Assembly: GCF_006345805.1 (NCBI RefSeq)
Contig: NC_043004.1
Span: forward strand, 18,848,001 to 18,912,000
Origin: Octopus sinensis
Lineage: Eukaryota
DNA: 64,000 nt
Direction of reading: 5' to 3'
The stretch's first letter is position 1, and the number at the start of each line of letters is the position of its first letter. Below the pieces are notes generated by a model, which worked only from the letters and a program-made list of their open reading frames with translations, had not been told where the DNA came from and searched no databases. Position numbers and translations under genes: made by a program. Shown here one piece after another: positions 1 through 10,890 of this stretch.

Positions 1-122
1 TTGAAAAGACAGTCTTTTCCCGTACACCAGGTGAACAAATGTCCTTTTGAAGTCTACTTCATGAGTGAAGATGCTTAATTCATTTAAAGCTTCCTATTTT
101 CTCACAATTGTTTATAAATATA

Positions 123-1299
123 CGAGGTGGTATCAAAAGGTTCCTGGACTATTTCTGTAGCACGCCATCAGATAGTAGCACACGGTTGTGTGCAGAGTAA
201 GGGCTACAAGTGACCTTCATAAGGCAGTAAGCCGAGTGACATCACCGTGTTTACTTCGCAAGTTGTGAAATTTGTGTTTTGTGACCACGTATATACTGTA
301 GTTTGTGATTTCATCATGGACAGGAAGTTGGAACAAAAAGCAAACGCAAGATTTTGCGTTAAACTTGAGAAGTCTCCTACAGAGATATTGAGCAAGCTTC
401 GGCAAGCTTACGGCGACGAGGCATTGGGTTCTTTCGAGTGGCACTGGTGCTTCAAAAGCGGAGGAACGTCCCTGGAAGACGATGTGCTATCGGGAAGACC
501 AGCTACGTGCGTCACTCCCGAAAATGTGGAGAAAATTCATCAGCTTGTGCATGAGGTCAATTAATGACACTGCTGATGTTGGTCTGTCATATGGGTACGT
601 GCAGGCAATCCTAACGTCTGAATTGAACATGCGGCTTGTCTTTGCCAAGTTTGTCCTCCGCCTGTTGATCACTGAGTAGAAAGAACATTGCGTCGAAGTC
701 TGGCAAGATTTCCGTCAGCGTGCCGCTAATGTCCCATCCTTCATGTGGAGGATCATCACCGGTGACGAGAGATGGGTCTACGGGTACGACCATTAGACAA
801 GGCAGCGGTCATCACAATGGAATAGCCTTTCATCTCCACGATCGAAGAAAACATGGCAGAACCACAGTTCAATCAAGAGCATGCTCATTGTGTTGTTTAC
901 GATTTTCGCGGTATTGGGCATTGTGAGTTCTACCGCAACGTTTTGGTGCGTTTAAGGGAGGACATTCAGCGAAAGCGACCGGTTCTGTGGAGCGCAAAGA
1001 AATGGATTCTTCACGACGACAGTGTCCGTTATCTCTCCTTGCTTGAGAGTTTCTCACCAAAAACAACATGGTGTCGCTTTTGCACTCACCCTTTTCGTCA
1101 GATTTAGCGCCTGCGGGCTTCCATCTCTTCCTCAAGGAAAAGGCAGCTCAAATGTCACCCTTTTAGCACCGGATTCCAGAAGTGGCAGGATTTTTGCTGC
1201 GCACAGTAACTATTTCGAAAGAGATGATGTTAAAATGTAGGTAAATAAGTTATTTGTTATTAAAGGTAACTAGTCTGGAAACTTTTTGATACCACCTCG
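123..1299 (+). mobile_element. Decayed mariner DNA transposon, internally deleted
   Basis: TIR CGAGGTGGTATCAAAA at 123 and its reverse complement ending at 1299, each flanked by TA. Frameshifted transposase pieces: HTH-like MDRKLEQKAN...FEWH..FKSG.TSLEDD..SGRP, IITGDERWVYGYD, WILHDD, and a YSPDLAP-like SDLAPAGFHLF. Confidence 0.9.
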
Positions 1300-2253
1300 T
1301 ATATGTTTGATACCACCTCGTGTATGTGTGCTTTAATTGGTTTCAACTTCTAAAAACATTTTAAAAATAAGTAGACACATAGAATTAAGAGATATTCCAT
1401 TTTGATTTAAAATGTCGTATAGCCTAGAATGAATACCAACGAAGAAACCTTAGTTTATCAAGATTTTCGAAGAGAATGAAGGAATTTACTGGACCTGTTC
1501 ATTCCAAATCCCCCCAGTATATGTCAATTATAACAAAATGGAGAAATCCATTAAAACAAAATATTTTCGATAATCTTCTAACGAATTCAGTGAAACATTC
1601 ACTGATATTTGAATGATGCCAACATAAGCAATCTTTGAATAAAATTTTGCTAAAATATTTCATCCAAGTTTTATCGTATGGACACAACTCTTTGAGAAAA
1701 CAGTTATGAAGCGTACATATAATTACGCATACACTCGGGATTATTTACATGGAAATATTGTTTCTTATTACATCATTAATTTGAACTGTAGAATAAAATC
1801 AAGCACAATATAAATTATAATGTTATTCTAACAACTAGTCAAAACTGTATTTAAAAAAAGAATTATTCTCCACCTACAATAAATTTGACGCAAACGTTAA
1901 ACTACATGAATTACGTACAGTAAAGTTTGTTTGTGATCACAAGCTGCTCTGAAATAGATTAATAGCAACATATTTAATACTTTAATGGAAATTCCACTAA
2001 ATTCTTCCACACACTCTAAAATACTAAGAAACTGCAGGAAATATTGAATTTAATTATATTTTCAGCAACTTCTTCCATCGCAAACAGCTGTTAAAATTGC
2101 GTACATCTTCATTAAAAATGTATATAAATTTTTGCGCATGTATGCATATATATAAATGAACAAGCAAAAACACATATTTACATTCAAACAATCACACAGA
2201 TACACATATGTATAATCATATATACTCAAGTCACACTAGGTCCTTACTCCCAT

Positions 2254-2650
2254 ATGTAACTGTACTGAAACAGGCACTTGTCCACTTGACCAACGGTGCA
2301 TAGTTATCTTAGGTGTTTATGTAGCTGTGGTCACATCAGTTCTACAAAATGACGAGACTCACAAGAAAAAGTGTAATAGTCTATGGAACTTTAAAATGGC
2401 TATGCTAGCCGCTAGTATACTTTCTAGCCTGTAGAGAAGAAAACCGGGAAAGCCAGTTAAATCCTACACGCCACCATGTAGAGCATTGTAGAACTATCCA
2501 TACCATATGGTAATGGGTCATGCCGACACAGGATTTCTATAGCCTTTTTAAATTTAAGAATTTATAGCCTTTTAAATTTTAGAACTCTACCTATCTACTG
2601 AATTATAGATGCGAAATTTTTATTAAATGCAGGCATCCAATAAGTTTTTA
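2254..2650 (+). mobile_element. Penelope-like element GIY-YIG endonuclease remnant
   Basis: Manual translation gives CNCTETGTCPLDQRCIVILGVYVAVVT, then PYGNGSCR, then RCEIFIKCRH. This matches the CNC..CPL..C..VY / PY..C / SE..KCRH pattern of PLE endonucleases. Many stops and frameshifts. Confidence 0.65.
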
Positions 2651-3329
2651 TTTTTGAACTGGAGCACATGACCATCTCCGGACAAAGAACAGAGCTTCAA
2701 AAAATTTTGCCTTCCCTGTCGAATTAACTCCACCTACTATTAATAATTCCCACTGTAATGGGAAACGGGACAAAACTATATTCTCCTTTCCCACTATGTT
2801 CTTTGGTTGTTTCCATTTTCATTCATTTTTAAAAGCCAAGTGAATGTATTTTGATTCCCATTGAAATCTAAGCAACTACATTATGTTGCTCCTTCAGGTT
2901 CGGATATGCAAATAATTCAACTGAAACTTCTGATCATTTCGTGTTACAGATTAATAGAAGGAATTTATTTAGCCGGCTAAATTAACTATATAAGGCAAAA
3001 CATATTAAGCTTATCCGTTCATGTTGTTCGCTTGTGACTAGATGAGTGAATATTTTACGGTTTTTACGGTGTCACAATCATAAGTGATGTAAGCTCAAAT
3101 ACAGATTTAGCCGTCCGTCTTCAACTTCATTTTATTCTTTGGATGAAAACCAAATACAACGTCTCTTGTATACCGCTGCACTCACAACTTAAATTATCTG
3201 GAATACGTTTTCTGCATAAACATGTTAGCCAAGTGTAATATGTTAGCGAAGATGCCAAGATATATTTGACCATCATTGAAATGTAAATATATATATGTAT
3301 ATATATAATATATATATATATAATATATA

Positions 3330-3361
<32 letters not shown>

Positions 3362-3450
3362 TGGGAGAATTCACGAAAAAAACAAAAGACGAAGACAGGT
3401 GGTGTAGAAAACAAACAGATGTATTAGTATAACACTCAGGAATTGAAAAT

Positions 3451-3490
3451 GTCTTTTACGTTTCGAGCCTACGCTCTTCTACAGTAAGGA
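3451..3490 (-). ncRNA. Degenerate minimal type I hammerhead-like motif in a (TA)n-flanked repeat
   Basis: Minus strand reads ccttA CUGUAGA A GAGC-GUAG-GCUC GAAAC GUA aaag. Stem II and GAAAC-GUA are intact; core position 6 (U instead of A) and the first stem I pair are mutated. Confidence 0.45.
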
Positions 3491-3955
3491 ACACTGAAAG
3501 AAACAAGGAGAGAAAAACATGTATGTAGTGGCTACCGATCTATCATGGCGACTGCCGGACAGAAGGGTCACATAGTAGAGCAAAGAAGTAGGGGAGATAA
3601 CAAAGTAAAGATGATCCCCAAAACGAAGGTGCGTGTGTGTATAGGAGAGTACGTATAGGCGTGTGAAAGAGGGCTGGTGGTCTTGACGTGTGCGTGTGTG
3701 TATGTGCAGGTGTGAAAGCGTGGGGATTGGAATTGGTCAGTGCTGGTGTGTGGGTGGTGTGTTGTGATGTAATGTGTAGTGTGGTATGGTGTAGTGTGGT
3801 GTGGTGTGATGTTTTTGGGAGGTGAGGGAGGCGAGATTGGGGAGAGTACGGGTGAGGTGTGGGTTAGGCTGAGGCTTGGGTAGAGTTGGGGTATGTGGGC
3901 AGGCAGAGGGTAGCTGTAGAGATATACACACATACACACAAACACACACACACAC

Positions 3956-4002
<47 letters not shown>

Positions 4003-4018
4003 TATATATATATATATA

Positions 4019-4262
4019 CAGAGTGTGCTGAATAAATTGCCGTCTAAATTGCGTAAAAATGAAAATAGCACTGACATTTCATTTTAACAGATATATTTAC
4101 CAAAATTACATGAAAATATTTTGAAATACTAAAGAGTAAATTTATTCAGTAAAATAACCATTGCCTTCGACTACGCCCTCCATACGACTTCGGAGTCTCC
4201 TGCAACTCTTCTGGACGGTCTCCTTGTTTAAGTCGGTGAATGCTGACATAATCCTTGCCTGA
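4019..4262 (-). mobile_element. 3' end of a Tc1/mariner-superfamily (maT-like) transposon
   Basis: C-terminal ARIMSAFTDLNKETVQKSCRRLRSRMEGVVEGNGYFTE*. The terminus CAGAGTGTGCTGAATAAATT abuts TA of a (TA)n tract. Confidence 0.65.
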
Positions 4263-4554
4263 AAAAAAACATTGTCTTTTCTACCGACTAAAAGGACAGG
4301 AAGAACTATCAAAGAAGGCGGGGGGACGTGAGAAGTGAGAACTAACACAATCCTTCTAGAACTCCCACAATGAAAAACCTAAACACCTGAAAGATTTTCC
4401 CTTTAGTCATTACTAAATCACTTTTCCTCTTCTTCATTGTTAAAAGTTAGAAAAGATCGATCGTGTTCAGTCTAATGGTCATTGTAAATGACTGAGGATT
4501 TCCTTTACCTGTCTCTATCGCTTCACTCTTTTTCTCTTCGGTTAACAGAGTGAA

Positions 4555-4860
4555 GGTGTGTGGGTCAGTGGTTAGAGATATTCGGACTACTATCGTAAGG
4601 TCACGAGTACGATTGCCGGCGGCGTCCTGTGTTCTTGAGTAAAAAAAATCTACTTCGATTTTCTGCGGTCAACTCAGCTGGCAAAAATGAGATGTAGCTG
4701 TAATTCAAAGGGGCCGGCCTCGTCACATTCTGTATGGGGCTGAATCTCCTTCAGAACTACGTAATGGTACAAATGTCTGCGGAGTACTTAGCCACCTGTG
4801 TGTTAATTTTACGAGCAGACTCTGTCGTTGATCAGATAAACAGGAACCTCGTCGTCGTAA
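4555..4860 (+). mobile_element. Degenerate tRNA-derived SINE
   Basis: A-box-like TGGGTCAGTGG and B-box-like GAGTACGATTGCC, followed by a CORE-like segment TGTGTTCTTGAGTAA. Confidence 0.5.
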
Positions 4861-5533
4861 TGCACCTTTGAAGATGGTTTTGTTTCGTTGGTCCTTTCAA
4901 TTAACGGTTCTAAGCATGCAATGAACAAAAAATAAATTCGGTATAAATTCATCCTATTATAAAATCGAGGAAAACCTAAAATCGAAGGACAGACTCCAAA
5001 TACATATGGTAAATAATTATATACGAAATATAAGTGAATTAATACATTAAGATTAAAATTAAAAATTGTCACGCTGTATTACATAAATATTTTTCAGCAG
5101 TATATACGCATACTAGACAATCTATAATATACATATATACACCAAAATAGACAGATGCATGTACATAGTTATATACACATATAGACATATATATGTAAGA
5201 AATATATACAAAAATACGCATATACTTATATGTACGCATACATGCATGTGCACAAAATATCTTGGTGTATGCAGATACAGGTCAATTATTACAGATGAGA
5301 GAAATAGGAAGTATACCTTATGCTTAGGGAGGAGGGAGAGAAAAAGAGAAAAAACATAAACGTAAAACTAACGAGAGAAATAGATAAAGAAGAAAAAATG
5401 TGTTAAGGATGTTAGCAGAGTATCCAGTGGGAAGAGAAAAGATACATTGAGTAAGAAAAGAAAAGAAAGATAGATCATGAAATATATGTAACGAGCGTGT
5501 ACATAAAATAAAATTACACACACATATATATAT

Positions 5534-5736
5534 GAGATGCAGCACGAAGCTTTGTCAGTGAACAGGTCGCGGTCTCAAAGCGACGAAAATATATTGACAA
5601 ATAAATTTAAATGTTGAAGTGAATCTAACGGTTTTGTGTGTTTCTTAAATGGCTTATAAACACCTTCCACGCTGCAATTGTTTTCGTTCCAGCACACGAT
5701 CTCAGATCAAGTCACTCGCTATGCAAGTACATCTCC
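5534..5736 (+). mobile_element. ~200-bp non-coding repeat between (TA)n tracts, carrying a variant hammerhead (5551-5601)
   Basis: Flanked by TA repeats, with short inverted ends GAGATG...CATCTC. Contains stem I UUUGUCA/UGACAAA, core GUGAACA, stem II GUCGC/GCGAC and GAAA. Confidence 0.6.
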
Positions 5737-6499
5737 ATATATATATATATATATATACATAAGTATATTTTAGTATACAAATACACATATGTGATTACGT
5801 ATATTACAGAAATATGTACGTAAAAACATATTCACACAAATAGTGTATATACGTATACATATACGTCCATGTACTATGTACGTAAATATAAACATATACG
5901 TATACATACACACATACACACACGCACATATACAAATACATATGCATGCCAACAATACATACATCCACATAAAAACACATCTAGATCCCAACGTATATAT
6001 ACAAACAACTTTTTTAAAAATTGCTGAGTGTATATAATTAAAAAAATCGGATAAAATACCCTTCAAATGGGATTTATGCCTTTCGGAAAAATTCTTTATT
6101 TTACTCCTGGACAATAGCGCTTTGAATCAAAGACGCGAACTCTTAACTTCCCGCAGGCACGCAACAAAATCTGAAATGTCAGCCGACAAAATACCATATG
6201 GATAGCATATATTTTTTAAATCTTGAATTGGTTTCCAATAACACTGTTGAATTCGTGTTTTGTCGTGTATTGTTGTTTCGCATCGCAACGATATTGAATG
6301 TATTTTGTCGTATTCTTTAAAAAAAGCCTTCGACTGCTATATATATTATTTTCAAGCAAGTTTAAACTTTTATTATTTTATTTTATCCTATTTTATTGTA
6401 TTTTACAAACCAATTTAATTGTTATATTTATAGATAACTCTATGCAAGGTGCTGCATTTTGAAAATGTCTTATATATATATAAGTTCAGTCCCACTATA

Positions 6500-6860
6500 G
6501 GCGTAGGAGTGACTGTGTGGTAAGTAGCTTGCTTACCAACCACGTGGTTCCGGGTTCAGTCCCACTGCGTGACACCTTGGGCGAGTGTCTTCTACTGTAG
6601 CCCCGGGCCGACCAAAGCTCTGTGAGTGGATTTGGTAGACGGAAACTGAAAGAAGCCCGTCGCATATATGTATATATATGTATGTGTGTGTGTATATGTT
6701 TGTGTGTCTGTGTTTGTCCCCCCAACATCGCTTGACAACTGATGCTTAGCAGTTCGGCAAAAGGGGCTGATACAAAGAATAAGTCCTGGGGTTGATTTGC
6801 CCGACTAAAGGCGGTGCTCCAGCATGGCCACAGTTAAATGACTGAAACAAGTAAAAGAGT
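6500..6860 (+). mobile_element. tRNA-derived SINE, family 2 (CORE-like)
   Basis: Head GGCGTAGGAGTGACTGTGTGGTAAG...GGTTCAGTCCC, then ACCTTGGGCGAGTGTCTT, an internal TG/TA microsatellite, and tail GGCGGTGCTCCAGCATGGCC. Related copies at 22300, 49323, 54630 and 60428. Confidence 0.85.
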
Positions 6861-8289
6861 ATATATATATATAGGTACACACACACGCGCTCACACACAC
6901 GCATACACACACATATAGATAGATTGATAATTCAATGGAGATCAAATAGATCTTGGCATATTCATTTACTTTTAGGTAACATATTACTACTCGGAAAAAA
7001 GTATTCCAGATAGCTTAAGCAGTCAGTACAGCTATGAAAGCAAAGTTAAACTGTTTTCTACGGTTTCCGGGTATCCTTTATACGTTGTATCAATGTTGTA
7101 TGTGGTATATATTACGCAAGGATATACGTATATAGGTACATATTTCTCTGAGGTAGAAGACTCTATACAAGCGTACAATGGACGAACACTAGATTTGCCG
7201 ATGGTCTACAACTTAAATCTAACTTCCTAATCAGTAGGAAAAATTCACAGAATTAGTGTTTGTTATATGACTGTATTGCTAGACCGTGTAATATAAATAA
7301 GATGAAGAAACACTTATACTTGGTACTGTATCATTTATATGGTTTTCAAAAGATGTAATATAAAAATACCTAAATATATTTAGCGAAGCAAAAATATATT
7401 CCTAAATTAATTGTTAGAGCCGTTTCAAAATGTCAGTAACTGGTTGATGTATTAATGTGTGATGCAAGCGGGTGTGTATATTGATGCAATATTACACATA
7501 AAAAGCAGAGGTTATTATGAACACATAAGCATTACACATCAAGATATACAACCCACAGTAATTGAAGTGTCTAATGTGTTCTTCATAAGCAGTGTCTCAA
7601 ACATGTAATTATTCTGGTGCTAAACGGGTATTTAAGGATGGAAACGTTAATAAATGATGGGAGAAAGGGGGATACGTGATGGTAATATACAAAGAGTTAT
7701 AAAGAGTGATATGATGTAAGGAAAGCGAGGAAGAGAGAGTAGGCGAGAGATAAGTATAGAAAAAGAAAAAGAACAAGAAAGGAAGAAAACGGAAAGAAAA
7801 AAGTAGAGAAAAGATGAAAGGTTTATAGTCGGTTAGAAAAAACATCCTATTAGATGAAACACGATATAAATTAAAGTTTGCAGAAAGTATAGTAGAAACG
7901 GAAACTAAACCTGATTTCTTTAAACGAGCCGCAGTAAAATGTAAAGAATTAATGCGGAACAAGAAAATAATAGAGAACGAAGAGCAAAAGGAATTCAAGA
8001 TAAAATGGTAAATGTATATGCAGGAATATAAAGTTGAATATTATATAATGAAAACCACAATTTAAATACTTTAAGGTATCGTCAGAATAAAGGTATGCTA
8101 GAATTATAATTAGGCCCAAGTTATACACGTGAGACAGATTTATATATAGATATATGTATACGTGTCTGTATGTGTGTTTGTGTGTGTGTTTGGGTGGGTG
8201 GGAGCGTGTGTACGTGTTCACATATACATGTTTAAGCTAGGATAAGGGCGTTAGGTCTAAATATAAACCAGTTTTTATCTAAGGTGATT

Positions 8290-8620
8290 GGTTAAAAGTA
8301 AACGTTCTAAAAACGTGAATGTTTCTGCAAAATGTCCTGCTGTTGTTAAGGAGAAAAGTCCTATTTTATGCAATATTCCAAGAGATCATCTGCTGAACAG
8401 ATTGCATATAATGCAGCCACTCAGGTAAGGTCTTGCAGTCCTAATAACAGATCAGGTAATATTAGAGTAAAATTTCTTATCCTTGAGGGGAGGGCTATAA
8501 TATGCTAATGATGTGGAAGATTTGCGCACAATATCAAAAAATGAATTGACATGAAATTTGTTGTATTTCTTGAAATCAATGGACCATACGTTAGTCAAAT
8601 TCTGGTGCTTAGTATAAACA
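8290..8620 (-). mobile_element. Penelope-like GIY-YIG endonuclease C-terminal remnant
   Basis: Minus-strand translation LKDKKFYSNIT*SVIRTARPYLSGCIICNL fits the PLE endonuclease pattern W.I...ARPY..G...CNLC. Confidence 0.55.
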
Positions 8621-8820
8621 GGGTATTTATAGACTACATGATATTACAAGTAATGAACACCCACAGGAAAATTTTTGCATACGGTAAAATTTCTATTATC
8701 CATATCCAGCGTTGAAATACAGTTAGCCATGATGTTTAGTTATTAATATTGTTATTATCTCCATATCATGTGTAATATTATCAAATATAATCGATGCAGC
8801 TATCATTATTATTATTAACC

Positions 8821-9173
8821 GAGAGAGCAATGCATGCCATCAAAGTGACACTGGAGTACAAATATACAAAGCCTATGACTACACATTGATAAGGGTACAT
8901 CAGGCACATGCATCACAATCATATATGCGTGACATGATGATCTAATATCAACAGAAACAGCACGTGATGTCGCAGGTGGGACCCACTTAAAATTTTATTC
9001 AGATCGAGTCACTCGTTCCGCTCAAGATGTCCCCGAATCAGTGTTGTTTAAGAATGTTGAACGAAACACCCAAGTTTCAAGAGGTGAATTAGTCAAACCT
9101 GAAAGAATTCCTCCCAACACATAGCTATGATACTCCCCATTATTTCTGCTTGTGATCAGTGATATATATATAT

Positions 9174-9207
<34 letters not shown>

Positions 9208-9290
9208 ACGTCAGACGCTAGGAGACATGCTCAACTGGTTAAGGTCAAACAACTGACAAGAAAATATGTGGTATTAAGCAGAATATTTGC
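8821..9290 (-). mobile_element. Non-coding ~450-bp repeat bounded by (TTA)n; putative non-autonomous partner of Dong/R4
   Basis: Homologous to 17604-17796 plus 19710-19745 (GAGAGAGCA.TGCATGCCATC.AAGTGACACTGG...). Both copies sit in TTA tracts. Strand is inferred from a (TAA)n tail. Confidence 0.6.
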
Positions 9291-9354
<64 letters not shown>

Positions 9355-9385
9355 CTTCATCATTATTATTATTATTATCATTATT
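9291..9385. repeat. (TTA)n microsatellite forming a Dong target or tail
   Basis: Read directly from the sequence; abuts the 3' end of the Dong-C copy. Confidence 0.95.
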
Positions 9386-10890
9386 CAGTAGTCTTATTTT
9401 TATCACATGCCTTCACTGCTCGTTGGATATATGCTGTGGTTTCTTGTGATGCTCTTATTTTCACTGTATTGAAAGTGCTTTACGTAGGATGTGTGCAGTG
9501 CCTAGCAGTGCTATTTTCTGTATGTTATATATACTTGTAAGTCCTGGTGCTTTTGTCCGGGTGTTTTTTTTTTATCATACCTAATGCGACTACTATGATA
9601 AAAAATTGTCTCGGCTTTGAGGCTCCATATTGGAGTTACCTCTAGAGATATTTGTATTTTGAAAGTTTCTCCGTTTCTTTTAGAGATCATTGTCACCTGT
9701 TGTTATAGATACATCGATTAGAAACCATTTTCTTATTGGTGATCTCTGACAACTATATCCGGTCTATTGGCATTAATTTCTCTATCTGTGTGTATTGGCA
9801 TATCCCAGAGTATAGATATTTTATCATTTTCTATGACCTTTTCTGGTTTGTACCTATACGGTTTTTTTTTTCTGTCGTTATTCCATAGTTTTGGCATAAC
9901 TTCCAGTGTATATAGTTCCCAACACTGTCGTGTCTGTGAATGTATTCCTTCTTAGTCAGGACTGGGCAGCCTGAGACCATATGATTTATTGCTTCTTTTC
10001 CATCTAAACATATTCTGCAGTTACTTCTATTTTGTTATATTACATGTTTTTAGTGATTTCTGGTGAGGAGGCTTTGATCTTAGCTGTAATTAAAAAATCC
10101 TTCCGTCTCTGCTTTGAGTCCTGAGCTTCTCAGCCATTGTTGGGATTTTGCTTTTTCTATTTGTTTTCTACTTAGCTTAATCCAGTATTTGCCCTAAAGG
10201 GGCTTTTTTGCCATCGTTTTATTGTGATTCGTTGCTGATCCAGTTTTAGTTTCGATCTCAGTTGTTTTACAGCTTTTGTTTCTTCTTTTCATTCAAAGTT
10301 GTTAGGTGCTATGATATCTTCTTCATATTTGTCAGCTTCTTTAAAGACTTAAAACAGGTTTTTGTTTTGTTCGTGGTCTGAGGCTCTTTGTATTAGCTTT
10401 ACTTGCTTCTTAAGTAGGTATTTCTGTAGTCCTGTGGTGGTTATATTATAATGGTTTCCTAACTGTATAAGACCTCTGCCACCTTCGATACGTTGTATGT
10501 ATAACTTTTCTATGTCAGATTTTGGGTGGTGCATCCTAAATCCTGTCATTAGTTTTCATTTACTTCTGCTGTTGGTGCTGCATTGATCTCTATTTTATTA
10601 TTGCCAAATTCTTAGTAGATCTGTTTGTTTTGTTTAAAGAAACGTTGGAATTTCTCGTAGCAAAAGATTCTTTGTGCTTTGGCGGGGATATCTTATTTTC
10701 GCTGTTCTTTTAACTCAGGTATACCTTGTTCAGTAACTTGTATTACTCGTTGCTTAGTAGCTTCATTAAGATCCTTTCTTTTATTTTCTATTTTTTGCTG
10801 TATATTACACTGTTCTGCATGATTTTTTATTGGCTGTATAGTATCTTTTTCTGAATATGTATGAAAAGTAATGTGTTTTTTATTCATCTC
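9386..10890 (-). mobile_element. Dong/R4-clade non-LTR retrotransposon, family C: decayed 3' part plus an N-terminal piece, with the RT core deleted
   Basis: MTGFRMHHPKSDIEKLYIQRIEGGRGLIQL, a QWLRSSGLKAETEG-like segment, and terminal LGTAHILRKALSIQ* followed by a TAA tail. 10560-10890 encodes the KIENKRKDL N-terminal region. Confidence 0.85.

Noticed and set aside
2680-2760. Minus-strand IVGGVNSTGKAKFFEAL resembling a parvoviral NS1 Walker A
   Set aside because: No Walker B or motif C context; the adjacent sequence is better explained as a + strand Penelope endonuclease remnant.
3127-4077. YI/CV/HT-rich ORFs here and at 5770-6114, 45225-45467, 51787-52763 and 57965-58335
   Set aside because: Translations of (TA)n, (CA)n and (TACA)n microsatellites.
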